Positions 61,501-64,000 of a stretch of DNA of 64,000 nucleotides are shown here, one piece after another. Source of the stretch: an uncultured Lachnospiraceae bacterium (GTDB lineage Bacteria; Bacillota; Clostridia; Lachnospirales; Lachnospiraceae); contig USGU01000001.1 of the NCBI GenBank assembly GCA_900554415.1, positions 214,102 to 278,101 of the forward strand. Reading direction: 5' to 3'. Position 1 is the stretch's first letter. Each line of letters starts with the position of its first letter. The notes under the pieces were generated by a model, which had not been told where the DNA came from, ran no database searches, and saw nothing but the letters and a program-made list of their open reading frames with translations. The position numbers and the translations under genes were made by a program.

Positions 61501-62899
61501 TTGCATCTACAGCATCACCAGTAACTTCTACTGTTTCTATTTGAACACCCAACAAAGCATCCTGAGCATCAATCTGTTCCTGGGTATAACGAAAACTATT
61601 TCCAAGTGTTTCATTGACTTTATTTTGAACTCTATAAAAATTAATTCCTTGTTCTGATAAAGCATTGAATCGTTCCTGCCCATTTCCAAATTTTCCAATT
61701 ATAACATTATCCACTATAGAACCCAAATCTTCTACAGCAGAAGTTACTTTTTCAATAGTTTGGAAAGTTTGTGTCGCTGGTTTAATTACCGAACCTAAAC
61801 TTTCTCTTAATGGATCTATGAATTTATTAGCTTTTTCTATGTTTTTGGAAAATAAGGAACCTGCCCAATTGAAAAGATTGAAAAATTTTTGGATATTAAG
61901 ATTTTTAACTAAACTTGTTAATTTGTTTATAGCTGAAGTCGCAATTCCTACTGCAACATCAACTACCGGTCCGATATTTTTCTTAATTTCATTTATTCGT
62001 TCCCTTATGGTGTTGAATAATTGAACCAACGGACCGTTTGATTTAATTAATGGACTTACAAACTCAGCACCAATTCTGGCTAGTGCTGATTTCATGTTAG
62101 ATAAAGCACCATTAAGTGTTTCATTTGCCTTTTTAGCATGCTCTCCAAATGCATCGTCCATTGCATTTGAAAATATTTCAAAAGATATTTCACCTTTCGA
62201 AACCATGTCACGTACTTCCGATTCAGTTTTACCTAGATATGTAGCCAACGTAGCGGCGGCATTCATACCACGACCAGATAGCTGAAGTAATTGGTCCCCC
62301 ATCATACGCCCTTGACCGGCTACCTGAGTAAATATTCGACCTATATCTTCATAACTGCTATTAGTCATAGCGGCAACACCGGCAACCGCTCTTAGTGAAT
62401 GGAACATCTGGTCGCCAGCTTCCATACCCGACGCAGCCAACTGTGATGCAACATTAGCAGCGGCATCCAAACTATATGCAGTGCCATCTACAGCATCGTT
62501 AACATTTTTCATTACCGCAGATACTTTGTCAGCATCTTTTAGTAAGCCTTGAAGCTGGAATTGCGCATTTTCCAGATTCGTAGCACGTCTGGTACCACCA
62601 CTAATAATACCGCTTTTTACAAAACTAACAGAAGCATCTATAAGTTTTTGTTTATAACGCATAATAGCAATGCCAACAGTAGAAAAACGTTTTTCTATAG
62701 ACTCCAAACTTTTCTCCATACTGCTAAAATCTACACTATTAACAGCACTATCCAGTTCTTCCAGACTCTTGGTTGATTGAGAGAAATTTAAGCTTTTCTT
62801 TAACTTTTCAAGTGTTGACATACTGGTTTGTACATTTTTCTCAAACTGAGCGTTGTCAAATCGCATCTCAACAACTCGTTCATCAACAGTGTTACTCAT
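55550..62899 (-). CDS. Tail tape measure protein (2449 aa)
   Basis: MSNTVDERVVEMRFDNAQFE start, a tape-measure domain (TAYSLD.AA...QL.ASG), and long amphipathic and hydrophobic repeats. Confidence 0.95.
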   Translation of the reverse strand: MSNTVDERVVEMRFDNAQFEKNVQTSMSTLEKLKKSLNFSQSTKSLEELDSAVNSVDFSSMEKSLESIEKRFSTVGIAIMRYKQKLIDASVSFVKSGIISGGTRRATNLENAQFQLQGLLKDADKVSAVMKNVNDAVDGTAYSLDAAANVASQLAASGMEAGDQMFHSLRAVAGVAAMTNSSYEDIGRIFTQVAGQGRMMGDQLLQLSGRGMNAAATLATYLGKTESEVRDMVSKGEISFEIFSNAMDDAFGEHAKKANETLNGALSNMKSALARIGAEFVSPLIKSNGPLVQLFNTIRERINEIKKNIGPVVDVAVGIATSAINKLTSLVKNLNIQKFFNLFNWAGSLFSKNIEKANKFIDPLRESLGSVIKPATQTFQTIEKVTSAVEDLGSIVDNVIIGKFGNGQERFNALSEQGINFYRVQNKVNETLGNSFRYTQEQIDAQDALLGVQIETVEVTGDAVDANAELTDVQKERLKELVKLNSVELRQLGYTGDQIRALNELKNTAGRLGIPIDRFIDQMDQINARWMVLEGIKNIGRAISKVFSSMSKAFKEVFKPLQANTLVNAVVYFQKFTSVLILSDENADKLRRTFKGLFAALDIVKTLTGGALSVAFKVLCKIMGNANMNILDFTSRIGDAIVKLRDFLYNNKLVNGAINLLVKGIEAVAKIIGNVINAILNNPLTDKIAEIWDNLFGSDVDGNAKGVISLIENLGNAMGISETKGTNLKSVMDGINSALNISNWKWSASLTSSLKLLDAVLGLFGTNLANVGATIADYVTVFGKWLREHTIFVGMSDKIAASLKTLIEGITKCVHAFMQLPAVQKIVQNFKNMLTKLFGDMSKGFDSVNIEGFCNKIEKAFNNIEKWIKGLKDSEHLGRDIVAGIVNGLLGGVKTSIDAIVTIGTTIMDTFCELLGIHSPSRWGYDQGMNIVKGIVNGIKAGVLLIRDSILYIGNEIKDSFKDLEVGDKLDDIMDKIKMTITTFADFVKNFNFKYLLTLIPVSIVLVAVKKLYDMTKVIEGGIKSVNSVISAFAEVGNSLADTISAYKHQIQAKALRNLAISIGILVGAVVALTYVDPDRLDDAVATVVVLAGVMAALALAMSKMETASVTLERSNVSISGLKSGLIAIGASILMLAASIKLIGSMNIDQYKQGLAGLTLIVLAMGTLLTAIGAIGKFGDLSSVDKVGSFMLKLSVSLLLMSKVIKLIGGLSEEEVLKGTVFLGAFTVFISTLSVLSRFAGKEISSVGGLMLKISIALALMVGAVKLIGLLSAEEMLKGAVFIAGFTGFVSGLVLVTNMFPNGRIQKISGLVMSLSVSMMLLVGVCKLAAMLSPDEMKKGALFATGVLVFIGVLVQVTKIASTEKVAKVSATILAMSVAVGVLAGISILMGLVDTEALIKGVAAVTALGAIMTAMIWATRGSEDVKKNIVAMSVAIGVMAGAVALLCLIKPQRLAGSTAALVSLMASFALMEKMAGDAQGAWKTIGMLTLVVAAMAGILTAMSKLKVTSTLQNAESLSVLLLAMSASLKVLSTIDRVEKDALIGMTVLTAVVAGLGVIFGIMNHYNINPSIETATSLSVLLVAMAGVTAILGTLGPASYMAMAGAIGMVGVVTVIGSFIGILGALNEKFPQIKRFLNEGIPVLKAIGDGIGAFIGGIISGIAGGILDTLPKIGTALSDFMDNLSGFLEKVVNVDSNALSGAGYLAGAIIALSAAEFINGITSFLPFGGDLALLGTNLSKFINNAEDFLKGISGVDSDTANAAKALAQAILALTASELITRITNFLKFGGNGELDDFATRITAFGEAIAKFSKAVSGDNAIDSEAVTSAANAGKLLAELEKTLPKTDGLLPSIVGTEDISKFGEKCEVFGESITKFSNSVDEGAIDSEAVELAVSAGKLLSELENTLSKSGGLWQDIVGTEDISDFGEKCIQFGEAISDFSKSVSGDNAINENAVESAAKAGNMMAELQEAIPDKKLFDGKVELSTFGNQISLFGSGLSSFAMSISGIEFSNVETAITQSNRLKNLAKDVVDLDVDEIVKFNSVTAIATTIKTFSDTVKDISTDIISDSISSAYRLKALVIGLGELDTRGIDNFNVEGIGTSLNGYYSKVSGINQTTLLASIVSANALADLIYKLSGIDSNGVTAFTSSLNTLSTVDIENFVTSFTDAGMRTSKAFSDMLTEISFTINNKRTVFSKAGEELMTYFTNGLESSSVRARIVILLLMNTYSNAIRSYYDSFNSAGKYLGDGLIEGINAKKKEVYDAGYALGKKAVEGEKDGQQSKSPSKLTKKAGRWLGEGLIIGMEQMGNAVYQSGKLMGTNAVESISGALSSISDISATDLDMTPTIQPVVNMADIQNGVRTLQVGADVSTRLLSAPIDSLQKIVSDAQANINASNNDVIQAINDLRADLNAMYSGDDTELALYVDSKKLASTIAKPMNRQLLTLQKRGSH

Positions 62900-63273
62900 A
62901 CATTAGTAACCTCCTTCCAAGCGTCTTTAGCAAGTTGGTCAAAAATAGGCTGAATCGCGGGATTGATATAATCTCTTCCTTCGACCCAGCCTCCAGTACC
63001 AGTACCGTGACCATATTGTAAAATTATTGCAATCGGAACTCCTTTGTATACATTTGAATTATAAAATTCTAATGAAACTGAGCCATTCTTACGTGATATT
63101 TCATAATACCACGAAGCTGCTGTTTTACCAGTTTCTTTAGGAGTAGCAGACGCAAGAGCTGCCACACCTGCTCGTCCATATTTATCTAATACACCGAGTT
63201 TAATGGCTTCTCTAACTCTTTCAAAATATCGATTAAGGTCAGAAAAGTCGCCCTTTTGTCTGAAACTTATCAT
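62896..63273 (-). CDS. HK97 gp10-like phage protein
   Basis: GVAALASATP.ETGKTA.SW, AIILQYGHGT.TGGWVEG.DYINPAI. Confidence 0.85.
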   Translation of the reverse strand: MISFRQKGDFSDLNRYFERVREAIKLGVLDKYGRAGVAALASATPKETGKTAASWYYEISRKNGSVSLEFYNSNVYKGVPIAIILQYGHGTGTGGWVEGRDYINPAIQPIFDQLAKDAWKEVTNV

Positions 63274-63436
63274 ATAAGTATTTCTCCTTTAAACTGCTTC
63301 CATCCGAATACCATCGATAACAAGTCTGATACCTAGTCAAGTCAACATCTTCCGATAACCTATAGAGATTGTACGGATGGTCTTTTTCCAATAATCTATA
63401 GTGCATTTATAATGTGAAGAAACTCATTTAAAATTC

Positions 63437-63955
63437 CTACTTTTTAACTCCGCTCTCGTCAAAATTGAATCTCTCTCCGCCAATTTCCAGTGTCTCTCCG
63501 TATGCCATTTTTCCATCATCTTTCAGGTAATACTTCTTATCACCATCAGTCAACCAGTGATTAACTAGAACTGAGCCTACCGGCTGGCAATTATATGTGG
63601 TGTTAAAACAGTACCATGCACCATCAATCTTACACCAACCAGTTGCCATGCTTCCTTCCGGCTTACCATTTAAACTCTCCGGTAAGAAATAATACTTGTT
63701 GCCGTTAATTGTCTGCCAGCCATGTACCATTGTTCCCTTGCTACCGTCCGGAACGGGATTCAAGTAATACCAATATTCGTCTATCTGAATCCATCCTGTC
63801 ATCATACTTCCAATAGGATATTCTTCAGTGTTGCTTGGGCTAAGATAATACCATATATTATCTACCTTGCACCAACCAACAGCCATAGAGCAGTTATCCT
63901 TGAAGTAGTACCAGTGATTATTAATTTTCTTCCATGCATTACAAATAGCATATGA
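63437..63955 (-). pseudogene. Cell-wall-binding-repeat protein (likely endolysin C-terminus), 5' part cut off
   Basis: GW..I...WYYL...G.M repeats continue upstream of the ORF-track Met (AWKKINNHWYYF) to an in-frame TAA at about 63956-63958, with no start codon there. Confidence 0.6.
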
Positions 63956-64000
63956 TTAGCGCCTATTAGGAAAACACACTGTCAAAGGGGTTCGTAGCGG

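Larger units (their letters stand above)
46627..64000 (-). mobile_element. Prophage (siphovirus-type tail and lysis region; continues past the window end)
   Basis: Contiguous HK97-gp10-like, tape measure, Dit, Tal, fibre and holin genes ending at an att-like site. AT-richer than the host. Confidence 0.95.

Noticed and set aside
63274..63436. Small ORF or structured RNA between the cell-wall-binding gene and the HK97-gp10-like gene
   Set aside because: An ~55-codon frame lacks a clear RBS and recognisable motifs, and I found no convincing structure.
1..64000. CRISPR array, rRNA, known riboswitch or anti-phage defence operon
   Set aside because: I recognised no regularly spaced repeats, rRNA-like sequence or defence-gene motifs. 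The STAND protein ends in a LuxR HTH, which indicates a regulator rather than an Avs-type effector.

Overview
This 64 kb window looks like a Clostridia (probably Lachnospiraceae-like) chromosome and has three parts. (1) 1-37400 is mostly core genes on the minus strand: a GLUG-motif surface protein, a DegV protein, a WalJ-like hydrolase, coaE, polA, tRNA-Leu(CAA), lysA, pyk, a fused CoA-dehydratase activase, an aminotransferase, gap-pgk-tpiA-gpmI, Rrf2-nifS-nifU-mnmA, spoIIM-like, rny, recX, recA, a Cof hydrolase, a GlmU-like protein, topB, and a HAD/esterase/ATP-grasp operon. (2) About 37490-45550 is a markedly GC-richer acquired island: a MalT-like STAND/LuxR regulator, a DUF2442-like gene, three related acidic lipoproteins, two DUF3137-like membrane proteins (one with an in-frame TGA) and small membrane genes. 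Its left edge is cut at an IS-end-like inverted repeat. (3) After a host radical SAM gene, about 46627-64000 is the tail/lysis end of a siphovirus-type prophage, apparently integrated in the 3' end of a GGGtGRT-family gene. The most striking inference is in the tail. Tal and the next fibre protein both end in the same Ig-like domain, which seems to lack its last strand, and the two downstream proteins both begin with a matching MAxK.xxQITI.xVxD strand. This suggests a pilus-like, donor-strand-linked base/shaft/tip tail fibre. All family names come from motif recognition, not database searches, and GC differences are judged by eye.
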